Assembly: GCA_001179505.1 (NCBI GenBank)
Contig: CDMY01000243.1
Coordinates: forward strand, 310,001 to 374,000
Length of the DNA stretch: 64,000 nucleotides
Reading direction: 5' to 3'
Source: Vitrella brassicaformis CCMP3155
Taxonomy: Eukaryota > Protista > Chromerida
Every line of letters starts with the position of its first letter. Position 1 is the first letter of the stretch. Shown here piece by piece: positions 26,164 to 39,300 of this stretch. The notes beneath the pieces are model-generated. The model had not been told where the DNA came from. It saw only the letters and a list, made by a program, of their open reading frames with translations, and made no database searches. Both the position numbers and the translations under genes were made by a program.

Positions 26164-29065
26164 TCAGTTGGACGCCTCGGTCTGTCTGAAGATGGTGCTG
26201 GCGGCTCTCTCTTCCTCGCGGCCGCCCTCCGGCTGGCTCAGCTTGTGCGGCAACCGCACCACCCACACCCGGCCGCTGGACGACGACTCCCCCACTGCTA
26301 TCGCGCTCTGACCCGACCTGCACACACATCGACACACGCACAGAAGGACAACGGAATGCATTAATGGCTTTGACATGATGTGTGTGTGCATCTTTGCACC
26401 ATCACCTTGATGCGCGGTTATACTGAATGGAGCCGACGCCGCCTGATAGATTGACAGACAGGGAAGGCACACAAGCATTGCGGACGCGCTCGTGTGGGCG
26501 TGTGTCAGGTCAGGTGGGGAAGGGTGGGTGGGTGTCCATTCTTCCCGAAGCTAAGCTACCAGGGTTGGTGCCCAGCGGCAGTGACACTACAGGCTGGTGT
26601 GTCGTCTGCATCAGGTCATACACCCACGCACCACCCCTCTAAACACACACACCAATCCACAACACACACACACCATAGTGTGTCCCTCCATCATATGTGG
26701 CTGGTGAATCAAATCGCATGATGCCTGTGCGGCGACGGCGAAGACCAGCCTTCTGCATGGGGCCCAGCAGGCACCACTGAGGGCACTCTGCGACAGCGAC
26801 GGCACCGGCGGGCAAAACACTGAAGACAGACACATGGAGCAATGACACGAAGGCAGTGGTATCTGTTCTGCATCTCTCTCTCTCTCTCTGTGTGTGTGTC
26901 TGCAGCATCCCTTCTCTGTTACCTACCGTGTATGGGTCTCGCCTGCAGCACATCGAACACCTTGACGCTGCCATCAGTCGAGGCGCTTAGGAGAATCTTC
27001 CTGACTCACACACACACACACACACACAGGGACGAGACGGATGCATCTATCTCTCCATGGGTGTGTGTGTGTCCACCTGAAGAAGGGGGAGAACTGCAGT
27101 GCGGTGACGGGTCCTGCGTGGCACTCCAGCTCGGCCACCTTGGGCACCTCCAGCCACTTGTCCTCCGGCGGGCTCGACCGAAACACCACCTCGGCAGTCA
27201 CCTCCTTCACACCCTGCACACACAACCACCCACACACAACCATGGTGAGTCCTTCTGCCTGTGCGTCCTTCCCCCGGTCAATTGTGCGTGCAGGCACCAG
27301 CCCACCGGCCCTGCCCACCTACCTACCTGTGACTGGCAGTACTTTTCTACATGCGCCTCGACCACCGCCCTGATCGATTCGATTCATGGATCCATCCATC
27401 CATCAGCACCAAATGTGCACTGCACACCCTTCGCGGACGCAGCACCGCCCTGTACCGACCTGTTGGCCTGATTGAGGTTGTCCATGAGCTGGAGGGCGCT
27501 GATGCGCCACACCACCGCCCCCCCGCCCCCGCCCCGCTTGTCCGTCTTGGCTGTGGGCTTGGGCGGCAGGCGCAGGAAGCCCCTGGCGATGGCCCCCACC
27601 TCCGAACCGATGGCAAACAGGGAGGGGTCGATGGGCGAAAACGCCATACGCACACCACCTGAATGAAATACACAGGGGAGAGGGGTGTGTGTGTGGGTTG
27701 GATGGATGGTTGGGTGTTTGCCTCCATACCGAATATTTGTCGCTTTGGTGGTCTGATGGCGTATGTGCGAAGGGGGTATGCGAGTTTGTCAGAGCTCTCG
27801 AGGGACCAGAGGAGGACGCGGCCCTCGCCACTCACACTCATCAGCCAGTAACCCTGAATGAACCGACGAACCAAGGAATCAATACGTTGGATGGATGGAT
27901 GGATGCTGGCTGACCCCTTCCAGTCGCTGCGTCGTATCAGGAACCCACGCCAAATCACGAACCGCCTCCCTGACCATCCATCCCCCCACACACATGCACA
28001 CACACATCCATCGAACGAAACAGAATGCGTCTGCATCCATCCTGCACTGCCCGCCCAGCCATCCATCGCGCCCACCCACTTGTGGCAGAAATCATCGATA
28101 GGTGACTTGGCGAGCACCATCCCATCAGGCTGCCCGTCGCCCTTGGTCAGGTCCCAAACCGCCACCTCACCATTGTACGTCCCACAGGCAAGGATGGCCG
28201 GCTCCGTGGGATGGAACGACACACACGTGCCGAAGGAGGCCACATCCAGCGTCACATCGGGCACATTGGACCGCTCCCCCGAGCGGTAGAGCGACCACAG
28301 ACACACCCGTGCGGCCCTCTCGCACCAGCCGACCATCCCTGGCTGCCCGTAGCTGACGGCGATGGTGGAGCCCTTGGCGTTCCACGACACGCCCGTCACA
28401 CACGCCTCCACCTCCATCGATGACGACCCGTACTCGTCTTCTACCAGCGGCATCGGCATGTGGGCGCGCTGCTTCTCGTGCTTTTCCCGCGAATTGGCCT
28501 TTGATGATGCCGATGCCGCGGGTGGCTGTGTGGGTGAGGGGGGTGGGTCGGGTTTGCGCAGCTCGTGGATGCATGTGATGTCTTGGTTGGTCTCCTCCCA
28601 GTGTGGCTGGTAGGCGGCGAAGGCCGGGGAGGTGCGGTCGACGCCGTCCAGCTCGGCCAGCACGTGTGGGGTGATCCGCCGCAGGAACGCCGTCAGGGAC
28701 GCCTCGTCAACCTGAGGCTTGGCAGGCGCACCTGAACCACACACACACACATTGATGGACGGACGGATGCGAGGATGCGCCTCACCCACACCAGTGCAGA
28801 CGGATCTCCCTCTCTCCCTCACCCTACCTGATTTTCCCTGCAGTGAATGGATGTGCTGCTGCAGCTGCTCGACGGGGTCCGCCTGCACCGTCTTATCCAG
28901 CACGTCCGCCCCGCTCTCCGGCCGCTGAACGCCTCGCTCCTTGAACACCACGTCTGTCGTTTCGGTGGCGGCCGATGCCGTTGGAGGCTTCGGCTCGGGA
29001 ATGGACGGGAGGCTGACAGTATCCTGCGGGCAGTCACTGAACGAGGAAGCCTCGGGTGACGACAT
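26164..29065 (-). CDS. DYNC2I2: WD40 intermediate chain of cytoplasmic dynein-2 (IFT dynein; WDR34/FAP133)
   Basis: LTAFLRRITPHVLAELD...PAFAAYQPHWEE; VTGVSWNAKGSTIAVSYG...GW...VCLWSL; CVSFHPTEPAILACGTYNGEVAVWDL; CHAGPVTALQFSPFFR; GRVWVVRLPHKLSQP. These follow the WDR34 motif order. Confidence 0.86.
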
Positions 29066-29473
29066 GGATGGATGAATGACGATGTCCGAAGGCGTGACTG
29101 GGAGCAAAGGGCTCAGCTATTTCATCTAGCAGGTGATCTGAATGCACACGAAACAGATCCAGCGGATTAAATTGTTCAATGTGCCGTTTTACCTTCTCTC
29201 TCCTATTCACACCTTCTTCTTGGCGACGCAGCTGCCGCGAGCTTGAACCACACAAATGATGCGAGCTTAGAGTCGAGCTTCGAGTGCTCGACATCAGACG
29301 TTTCCGGTATGTCAACGTCAAAAGCTTAGAGTGCAGAGCCTCCGTCTGCGTCAGAACAAAAGGCCGACTGATCCATCTGCTGACTCAGCGGTGACTGGGG
29401 AGCAACCCACTTGCTTGGCAGCTTGACTGACTTGTATCCCTCGGTCGGCCCAGCAGTGGCAGAGAAAGATGCA

Positions 29474-31717
29474 ATGGCTGGTCACTTACGCGACGTGATC
29501 TTTCTTGGCCTGGGCTTCTTTGGCCTTTTTGCTGCCTTCAACACGTCACAGGTCCACACACACACACGCACAGACACACACACTCTGCAGTGATCACACT
29601 CATTCTCGGGGAATCACACAGTCCTCTCCCTGTCCGTCCATGAAATGTGTGTGTGCTTCAGGCTCTCTTGACCGTGTTCGACGGCGGCACTGGATTACTC
29701 GGCTTTGCCCTCCTCTACAGTGTGTTTGCGCTGACATCGTTTGTCGCCCCGCCGGTCATCGCCAAGTGGTTTCCTCCACGCCACACCCATCGATGGGCAC
29801 TCGTCACCGGCAGCCTCCCCTACGTCATATTTGTGGGCAGCGCCGCCATCACAGCCCTGCCGCCCGCCCTCACGGTCATCTTTACGACGCTCGTCGGCTT
29901 TGGCGCGCCCCTCATCTGGACGGTGCAGGGGGACTGCCTGGGGCGCTATGCCGTGTGGGACGCCACCAATATGGCAACAGCAGCAGATGGCGGCGGAGGT
30001 GGGGTCTCTCGGAGCACTGAAGATGGGGCCGAGGAAGAGAACGAGGTCGCCTTTTCCATGAGCCAGGCGGACCTGTCGGAGGTGCCAACGAGGAAAGCTG
30101 AGGTGCAGCCGACCCCACCCGCAGTCCCAGCGGCTAGTGATGCCCTCAATGGGATGAATGGGTCTTCCCTGTCAGTCTCGACTTCGCCCCGTCCGTCGTC
30201 GCCCATCCGTGCCATCAGGGCCCTCTCCCCCTCATCCTTGCACCGGCTGCTTGTAAACTGGTTCCGGCAGCACAGGGAGCCGCCCGGCGGCCTGCAAGCC
30301 CCGTTGCTGCCAAGTCCGACATCGAGTGAGAAATCTCATGTTGGCGTTCAATGCGTCCGGGAGGTGACACCCGCACAGCTGACGTCGGAGTACAACGGAA
30401 TCTTCTTCGGCTGCTTTCAGCTTAGTGGTACACACAATCAGGGTCTTCATGCAATCAGACACACGAGACAGGCCTCCTTGTGTTGTGTGTGTGTGTGCGC
30501 AGGTGGTGTCGGGCTTCTGTTGAGCTCGGTGATTCTGTATGCGACCAAGAACCACCCACTGGATGCAGCGCGTGCGGCTCTATTCACTACACTGGCTGCA
30601 TGTGCTGCCGTGGGGATGGTGCTGCTCACATTGCCCAGGAGCGTCCCTGTGCAGGTGGCCGGAGGCAAGGGGATACACGACGCCGAGAAAACAGTGCCCT
30701 CGGCGCTAGAGACTCTCTGGTACGCATCCATCCATCCATTCATTTACCCACATACATGCATGTGACCGGCTGGCGAATGTCTCGGGTGTGTGTGTGTTCG
30801 TCTCGATCGTATCGATCAGGCTGGCGTGTTCTGATCCTCATGTATATTACCTGATTCCGCTGCTGCTGGCGAACGGCGGAATCCTTGCCTTCGTCAACGG
30901 CGACTTCAGTGCTGCCGTGGTGACGCCGCTGCTCAGCCCGGCAGCGACAGCGCTTATCATTGGGGTGTTCTTTGGGGTCAACGCACTCATGTCGCTGCTG
31001 TGGGTAAGGAGCCCTTCTCGACCCGCACACGCACAGGAGGCCGATATGATATAATGGCCTTTGTGGCTATCTTTCCCTCTCTGTGTGCAGGGTCTGATTA
31101 TTCACGGCAGGTATATGCGGCGGTGGAGTGTGTTCGTGACGGCGGCCGTGTGTCAAGGGCTGGTGCTGATCTACCTCCTCATCCAGCGGGCTGTCGAGCC
31201 GCCCAACTTCACCATGGACACAAAGGCGGACCGATGGATGGAAGTGAGGACCCCTCGCGTCTGGGACTGGGTGGTGATGCTCGTGAGCGCCGTCCTGCTG
31301 GGAGCAGGTGATAGCGTGTTCGAGAGTCAGCTGTCAGCTGTATTCCAGACCTTCTTCCACGTCCACGACGCCAGCCCCACCCCCCCATCATCCCCGACCA
31401 TCGCACCCGCGGCCGGACCCACCTCGTCAGCAGCATCGCCTTCGCACCCTGATCCAGGAATAATGGACCCGTCTGAGCGCCTTCTTGCGGCAATGGCACA
31501 GATCGGGCTTTGGCGATCGGTTGGCCAGGCCGTGCAGTTCTTCCTCTCTGCGGCCATGGCGCGGTGGCTGGGTGCGAAGCGAGTGCCTTGGCTGGCTGGG
31601 TTGCTGCTTGTGGAGCTGGTGGTGGCGATGGTGTGTCTGTGGCTGCTGCACACGAGGGTGGGTGCCTCTATTGATGTGGAGGCGGGGGGCAGGGGAGACA
31701 GGAAACGACGGAGATAG
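29474..31717 (+). CDS. UNC-93-like MFS membrane protein
   Basis: MAGHLRDVIFLGLGFFGLFAAFNTSQ|ALLT...GFALLYSVFALTSFVAPPVI; LVGFGAPLIWTVQGDCL; YNGIFFGCFQLSG; LLGAGDSVFESQLSAV. There is a long hydrophilic loop after the N-terminal half. Confidence 0.82.
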
Positions 31718-31915
31718 ATAGGGTGCGTGATTGCCATGCCAAATGAAGTGACGGAGAAGCAAATGTTCAGATTTGGGGGGGTGAGTTGGCTGGACACATC
31801 GACATGTCTTCAGTGTACAAATAATGTCACACATCACAAGCTCTACCCGCCCACGCACAGATGCATGTACGCAACACATTCACGGCACGTGTGCCGACCT
31901 CCCCATCTAACTCGG

Positions 31916-34900
31916 TTATCTCGGCCATTGTGACACTGACGCCCGTCTCCCCTCCCTCTTGGGGGACCCCACACCCGTCGACCCCCTCTTCTGATCACGC
32001 GCCTTCTTCCCCCCTCCCTCCCTGTCCTTCTCCTTCTTTCGACTCTCTGCGGCTGTCATTGGGCTCGACCCGCTTGCGCCATCGTCGTCGCTCGTCTGTG
32101 CGACCGATGGCGGTGGGCCGCCCTTGCCGACGACCTCCCAGCTGCTCTCCAGCAGCTCCAGGGCTCGGTGGCCGGCCCAGCCCTCAGGGGCCGTGTTGTT
32201 GGTGCGGCTCATGAACTCAAGCAGGGCGCGGGAGGGGCCGTCGTTCTCCCATAACTCCATGCACCTGCAGCATCGATGGATGGATGGATGAAGTGCAGTG
32301 CGGTGCAAAGGTTTGCGCACTTAGTGAATCCCTTGACGGCATCTTTCCAGTTGCCTTCGATGTACTGACACAATGCCGCTCTGAAAGGATGCGATTCAAA
32401 GCACGGTACGGTGTCGTTATTCGGTTGGTCCGTCAGCATGTGTCCGTCCGTCCGTCCGTACCTGTGTTCATAGAAGAGCTGTTCAGGTATCCTTTCCTGC
32501 AGTGTCGTGAGGTCCTTGTCGAACACAAACATGTACTCCACACCAGGACCAGACAAGTGGTCCTCTGGCAGCTCGGCCAACTCCTGCGTGACATACACAG
32601 ACAGACAGACAGACAAAGACACAGGCAAGCCAACCCATGCCTCCCTCCGTCTGTGTGCGGCAAGGAGACATGCTCGCTCCCATGTATACCGACACACATC
32701 ACATCACATACCTCTGGTTTATGTATCTCTCCAAGGCAGCTGGATGTGTCCTTGCGCGGCACGACGTCGTCAGTGACGTCATACGCGAAGATGCCCGTGG
32801 GCTCGTGGAAGGCGAACCGGACAGTCACCACATCGAGCTTGCGGGTGCGCTCCTTCGCCTGCACACACATACAATACATATGCACAGGCAGACGGAGAGA
32901 CACTCGTGCGATCATGGCTGGCTGTCGGGTGTGCGGCGGATCTTCCTACCTTGAGCGACAGCATGTTGTAGAACTGCTCCGACATGATGAGTGGAGTCTG
33001 GTAGACTTTGGTCGCTTCCTGACGCACAATATACACAGACCACATACATAGATCTCCATCCATCGACCTCTCATCACATCCATTACGTATACACACGTAC
33101 CTGCAGTTTCTCCGTGAGGCTGACGTGTGGCGAGAGGTATGATGCGTCGATCTTGAAGTCTGACCCAATGGCGCCCTCGATGGCCCAGCCCACATGCAGA
33201 CCGTACCCGATACGCAGCCGGTGGCCCTTGCCAAACCGCTCCACCATCCGGGCGTCGGTCTCGAAGGCCAACACCTCAGACGAACGCCTACACTCGTATG
33301 CACACCAGGATTGAGGGACGCAGACAGGCACGTGTGGTGTCTCACTTTGATTCGTCTACCTGATTTCGACAATAGCCTTAAGGAAGGCTACGAGTGCCTT
33401 GTTGGCCGACTCTGCCGCCTTCATTGCCAGGCTACCATCCTGCCAGTCACAAGGAGCAGTGCGTGTCACAGAGAGCAGGTATTGTCCCTCCCTCTCTCCC
33501 TATGTCTACCCACCCGGGCCTGTGTGTCGTTTGTGTTGCCAATCTTCCATGTGAAGAGGAAGGCGTCTCCGACATTCTTGTTGGCCGCGCCGCTCCACCT
33601 GTGTGTGCAGTGGTGCGTGATGCGGCCCACCAAATTCACAAACACCATCACATCCTCCTGCACAGAAAGCAACGGACTAATCAGGCCGTGCATGTATGTG
33701 TCTCCTGCTCACTGCCTCACCTCTAGAGCCTCGGTTGCGTCGGTGAATCGTCGAATATCGCAGAATCCGAAGATGGCCTGAATGCGTCTCCCCGGTATCA
33801 TGATGTTGAGTTCGCCGTCTCCGCTGCTCATGTTGTTGCCGATGACCTCCGCGCCGGCCTCGCCAAAGCCCACCTGCAGGAGGCCGCCGATCTTGATGAT
33901 GGTCTGCTCAAGCATGGACGTCTCCAGCTGGGGACCCTTCTTCTTCTTTCGCTTCTTCTTGGAAGAATCGTCGTCGTACTCGTCGATACTCACCACCTGA
34001 TGGAGGATTGTACAATCAGTGGATGGACACACACACAGAGAGAGCACGGGAAGGGAATGACAGACATGGCTGTTTGTGTGTGTCGCTTGTTTCACCTCTG
34101 GCTTCTTGAGGGGGTCGTCCGCGAGCTGTTTGATAATGTTGACCATATTCTCTATCGGCGCGATCACCAACGCCTATACATGTACACCCACCCGCGTGAT
34201 AAGATGGGGAGTCCGGTCTTGCGCGCGTACTTGTGTGTCTTTTGAGAAAAGCATCGCCAGTGTGCCCAGGAGGAAGCAAATGAACACCTTTTTCGTTGCG
34301 CAAGAGACAAGAATTCATGCGTACGTGCGTGTCGCCACATCCGTCTGTCAGTCTCGGACAAGTGAGTCACTCACCGTCTGCGCCATGTTCCACAGAGCCT
34401 CGTTGGTGCTCTTAATGCGAGTCTGAAGACACAAAGAGATGTCGGTTACGTTGCTTGCCTCTCTTTCTTTCTTCGTGTCTCTGTGAGGGGGTGTGTACAT
34501 TGAATCTGGCGTATGCAGTCAGCGCCTTGCAGTTGTGCGCCTTCTCACAAAAAAAGGGCGAGTACGACACCGTTTCCAACTCAGCATCGCGGCATGGACA
34601 GTCGTTGGGGTCAACACCTGCCCAGATGGAATTGGGGCAGAGACAGGTCCCCATTCTTTGTCTCTGCTCGCTTTCTCTACATGCAGAGAATCCCCATACC
34701 TCGACACTCCCATTCATCGTGCCGTTTCGAGCCTCGCCGGCACTCTGCATCCAGACAGCCAGCCATCCGCGGCACGGTAAGATGTGCAAGCGAACCAATC
34801 CCGAGTTCATCTTTGTATGCTCACTTCTTTCTTCATCAGTCGGGTCCCACGTCCTGGTCTCAGAGTCCCCATCTCTTTCGTACACAGTCGCCACCACGCG

Positions 34901-35999
34901 ATCGATGTCTGTCATGCGGCCTCCCTGCCGGTAGTCGGGCACCCGCAGCCACAACAGACCAGCCAGCAGGTCGCCGTCCGTCGACTTGGCCGTCACTTGA
35001 GTGTAGTGGTATAGGAGCCGCTCCCACCCGTCGGTCGTCAGCCAGCCTTGAGCGTCAGCGTCGATGCACAAACGGTCCAGGGCAGCGAGTCCCTTCGACG
35101 AAACATCGGATTGGTAGTTATACCCGGCACTTATCTCCGCCGACGTGCCGAGGGAGTCGTCTACGGCCTGGAAAAGAGAACAGAGAAGCACCACTCATCA
35201 TGCACATTCCGTGCCACCCATCTGCTCTGGGACCGACCTCGGCAGTACAATTGGATCGTCCGAACCAGAACAGTTCCCTCAGTCCATAGAATTTGGCGTT
35301 GTCCTCCTCGCTCACTTGCAGCACGGGCAAGATGAAGAGCATGAGCAGCACCCCCACAATCACCTTGCGCGTCGTCATCTCGGAGAGGAACTTGCCCAGC
35401 CTGCTGGCCTCCACCCGCTTAAGCGCAGCCTGCTTGGCGTTGAGGGCCGCCCGCGCCTGTTCCTTTAGCTTCTCCTCCTGGTCCTCGTCGCTCGCCTTGG
35501 TGCAGTACTTGTACAGCTTGACAATGCGAATCAGCCGGATCAGTCGCACGAGACGGACAATGCGCCCCGCCCTCGCCCCTGCTCGCGATGCCTTACCCGC
35601 CCTGGCGGCCTCGCCGGCCCCGCCGTCGGTGGATATGCCCAGAACCTCCTTTATGGGGTCGACAACCCATGGAATGTCGGGGACGAGGGAGAGGGTGGCA
35701 ATGATATCGAGCCAGAAGAAGAAGCTCCACTTGTAGTTCTCCTTTGTAATGGAGTTGATGATGAGCTCAAATGCAAAAAGCAGCAGCGAGATGAGGAACA
35801 AGGCGTAGAAGTAGGGGTCCGAGGGCTTGTAGAAGCCCGCCAGCCGCACGTCGTCACCGAAGAGGGCGAATATGGTCACGAATGTCATCAAGATGGTCAT
35901 GAACCGCCCGTCGATGAATGCCTCAAGGCTGGCGGCGATCTCATCGGTGCCCTCCTTGTTGGTCGTCTCCTGCTCGTCAACACCGCCCTGCGCAGCCAT
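31916..35999 (-). CDS. Ion-channel/voltage-sensor-fused class III adenylyl cyclase (alveolate AC-alpha type) with a C-terminal TPR-like segment
   Basis: S1-S4 helices with the S4 arginine ladder RAGRIVRLVRLIRLIRIVKLYK; LVIAPIENMVNIIKQLADDPL; cyclase motifs IFGFCDIRRFTD, ANKNVGDAFLFTWK and GYGLHVGWAIEGAIGSDFKIDASYLSPHV; C-terminal YIEGNWKDAVKGF..DGPSRALLEFM..APEGWAG. Confidence 0.92.
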
Positions 36000-36300
36000 G
36001 ATGGAACCCTGTCACTTCAAGGCCCTAGACAGAGCCTGACGCGCTCTGGAGACAACCGAACCAAGTGGAGACGACCTGGGACAAGCGGAGAGGCAGCGTA
36101 GTGTATCTTTTAGTTGAAACTGTTCTGTTTCGAGAGGCGATCGGCGAGACGGGGGTAGACGGGGGCCAAGCTAGTTTTTGGGGCCAGCCCGATTTCTCGC
36201 CGCGCGAGTCTCTTTCTTTTCCTTCAGCTTTTTCTTTCTTTTCGCTTCCCGTCGTGGCGTCTGCAGTGAAAATATCATGACGCCCTCTCCCTTCAGCTGA

Positions 36301-39300
36301 GTGGACTCAGCTACCTTCCCAGCTGATGCCGTGCTGTCGCACATACCGTGTGCCGTGTCCAGTGCTGTTGCCGCCGTTGGTTTCCGTCCAGGTGCCATCA
36401 CTCCTTCTCGCCAATGCTCGCCTGTGCGAGCGTGCAGGTTCCCCGCCCTCGTCTCTGCACCGCAATGGACAAGTTCCAACCCTGCCCATGCGACGCCCTC
36501 AACGGCCAGGCATCGCTTGAAAATGCAGGTCTCGGAGTTGGACGACAATGGGCAGATGATGTGGCCAACTCCGAGAATGCAGCAGTGGTGCACCAGCAAG
36601 TGTCCTTACACATCTACTGAGCCATGGACCTCGCATTCATATTTGCAGGTTTTGGAACGTTCTGAAGTTGAACGATTGCAGCAGGAGCGCAAGGCCCTCA
36701 ACGAGGTAGGTCTGCTCATGTCGTCAACGCATCGGAGGTGTATTGGTGTTGTCCTTTGTTGCTGTTCCTTTGCAGCGAGTTTCCTCAATGTCTCCCGCCC
36801 TTACCAGAACAAGGGTGCTGTACGGCCATCTGCCAATACATGAGCACGTGGGGTGAGCTCTCTACATTGACGTGCATCTCATTGACGCACCGGCCATCTG
36901 TGGCCGTTTATCTTTCAGGACATAGCAACAACAATATTCTCCAACATACTGTCTTGCCTGATTGCCTGGCAAGACAGTCACGGTACAAGACACAGTCTTT
37001 TTGTCACTTGCAGCGTAACTTTTTGCTTCTCACGTCTTTCTACATGCGTTCGCAGGTCCATCACCTGCTCAAAGACTGCAATACCGAGGAGGGGTGGCGG
37101 ATTCTAGTTATATTGCCAACAGTCGTTGCCACCGACGAGGCCGCCAAGTATTAGCGATCCATTCATCCTTAGACGAGATCCAGGTTCCATGGTTGATGTC
37201 TGTCGTGCAGGAAAATAAATAGGCCGAGGCGTGGGTGCCTGGGGGAGGAGGTGGGGATCGTGACCGGAGAGGGGCGGCTTTGTGACAGAAAAAAGTTTGG
37301 CAGATGCGAGTCTGACTTTATTTTTTCCACAGCGGGTAAGACGATTCTGCCTCACACGCGATCGCAGTGCTGCATCTCAGACTGCCGTATCTCCTGCATC
37401 TTCAGGATCTGCCCTCACTATCCTGTCATCAAGTCCGAAAACGAAGTGGATTTGTCTGCTAGATGAAGCTCATGTGACGGACATGGACACTGAGGCATGT
37501 ATGGTAAGATGGCGTCTCTCTTTCAAGCTCTCTAGTCAAGTCTCTTTGCTTTAATTCAGACAAAACTAAAACAAATGTATGACGACGCCCAGTGTCCGTG
37601 TCGGGTTGTGTTGATATCCGCAACGCTCGCCAAGGGTACAAAACAAATGAGTCGCTCTCTTTGCCGACACCATTGCTAACATATGTGATGCAGACAAACT
37701 CATAAAATACTTCTGCGGCACACACCTAGAGGTACCTTAGCCGATCTCTGCAGATCACACGCACAACTGCATAATGCACGTCTTTCGCTGGCTGCTTTCG
37801 GCTGCAGCGTTGCGGACTGAAGGAATTTCATGGACGGTCTGCCAGGATCGACACCCGGTATCTGACCGACGAGCTTCTCGACGAGCTCCTGCCCGACGTA
37901 AGCACAACAACAGCTGAAACACAACGTTGACACGACAGATGATATGTCATAAGTGAGGCATTGTCCTGTGAATGCATTTCGTTCAGTTGGGGTTGAGTAT
38001 GGACAAATTCACCTTCAACATCAACAACCCCACCCTAGTCGCGGCGGAGCTCCCGAATCAAATCAAGGTGTCGATCCACGAGGTTGCAGCTCTCTTATGT
38101 GGTGAGTCAATCGCGCTCAAAAAAACAAGGGAGCTATACGACGAAATGCCAATACATGTAGCGCTCTCTACAGTGCTTTTTGATGGCACAATTTCCTCAT
38201 TATTCTGTTTCACACAGGAGATCGTCGAGAAGGTGTTCACGAACAAACTGACAACGATCGAAGCCCCAACGGGGAGTGGAAAAGCATTGACGGTCGGATG
38301 TACTCTACAAGTGCAGGAAATAAAAGACGCTGGACCACTCTTCACGGAGCCACGGGAGGGAGCTGGGTTAACTTATTTGAGGAATGTAAGCTATTGACAC
38401 ACTGTGAGACGAAACAATTAGCGAGAGCCCTTGTTGCCTATTTCAGGTTATGCATGGACTTCCATGTTTGCCAGAAGGGGCCGTCCTTGTATTCTATGGA
38501 CAAAGTCACCAGCACTGGCACTACCGAGACATCATTGACAAAGCTCTGTCAGCACATCTATTATGTGTGCTCTTCAGGAGCTTTATTTGGTGCATGTATG
38601 GAGGCCCTTCTGGCTGCGTCTATTGCAGAGACGCCAAGAATTATCATACTATCCGATGGGTGAGGAAAAATAGCGGAGCTGCCGGTGATGGTATGACGTG
38701 AGGCTTGCTTGCTGTGATTGCTGTGCCAGAGCTTTCAAGTCCCCAAGCACATATGCTCGCCACTGGAGGCCAAGGGGCTTTTCATGTTTCGTAAGCCGAG
38801 GGCAAGCTACATTGAATGTGTGCATCTCCGTCCTGTTTCTGCGTCTGTGTGGTTTATAGATGTGTGATGTGACACGAGAGGTATTTGCATTTAGGGCTTT
38901 ATTGCAACACTACAACAAGGATGACCTTTCCTTCATTCTGGTAGACTACACTTTGACCACATTCGAAGGCTGCTCCTCTGTCTATATCTCTGTGTCACGC
39001 GCAGACGTCAGCAGCTGGGGGTGGTCTGTCAAGGAAGTGCACGCCAATGGGGCTCGACTATTTGTCTGTGAGGGCGGCTGCGCGGGTAAGCGAGTCAATG
39101 CATAGCAGTTTCGGCTTTCCCTCATTGTTCTTTGTTGCCAGGTGTACACTCGGCTCCTGAAGCGCCTTCCTCGTCTCAGACTGCTCCATGCAGGGTGAGA
39201 CACACAATGACACGATAAGCTTGAAGCAGAGAAGTGAGCCTTGTGTATGTCTATAGCAAGAAGCCGAGTAGCTGTCTGAATAGCATAGGGGGCCTGAAGC

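Noticed and set aside
26164-35999. A flagellar gene cluster (WDR34, channel-cyclase, also p25-alpha and GAR proteins)
   Set aside because: The genes are interspersed with unrelated housekeeping genes, and there is no sequence evidence of co-regulation.
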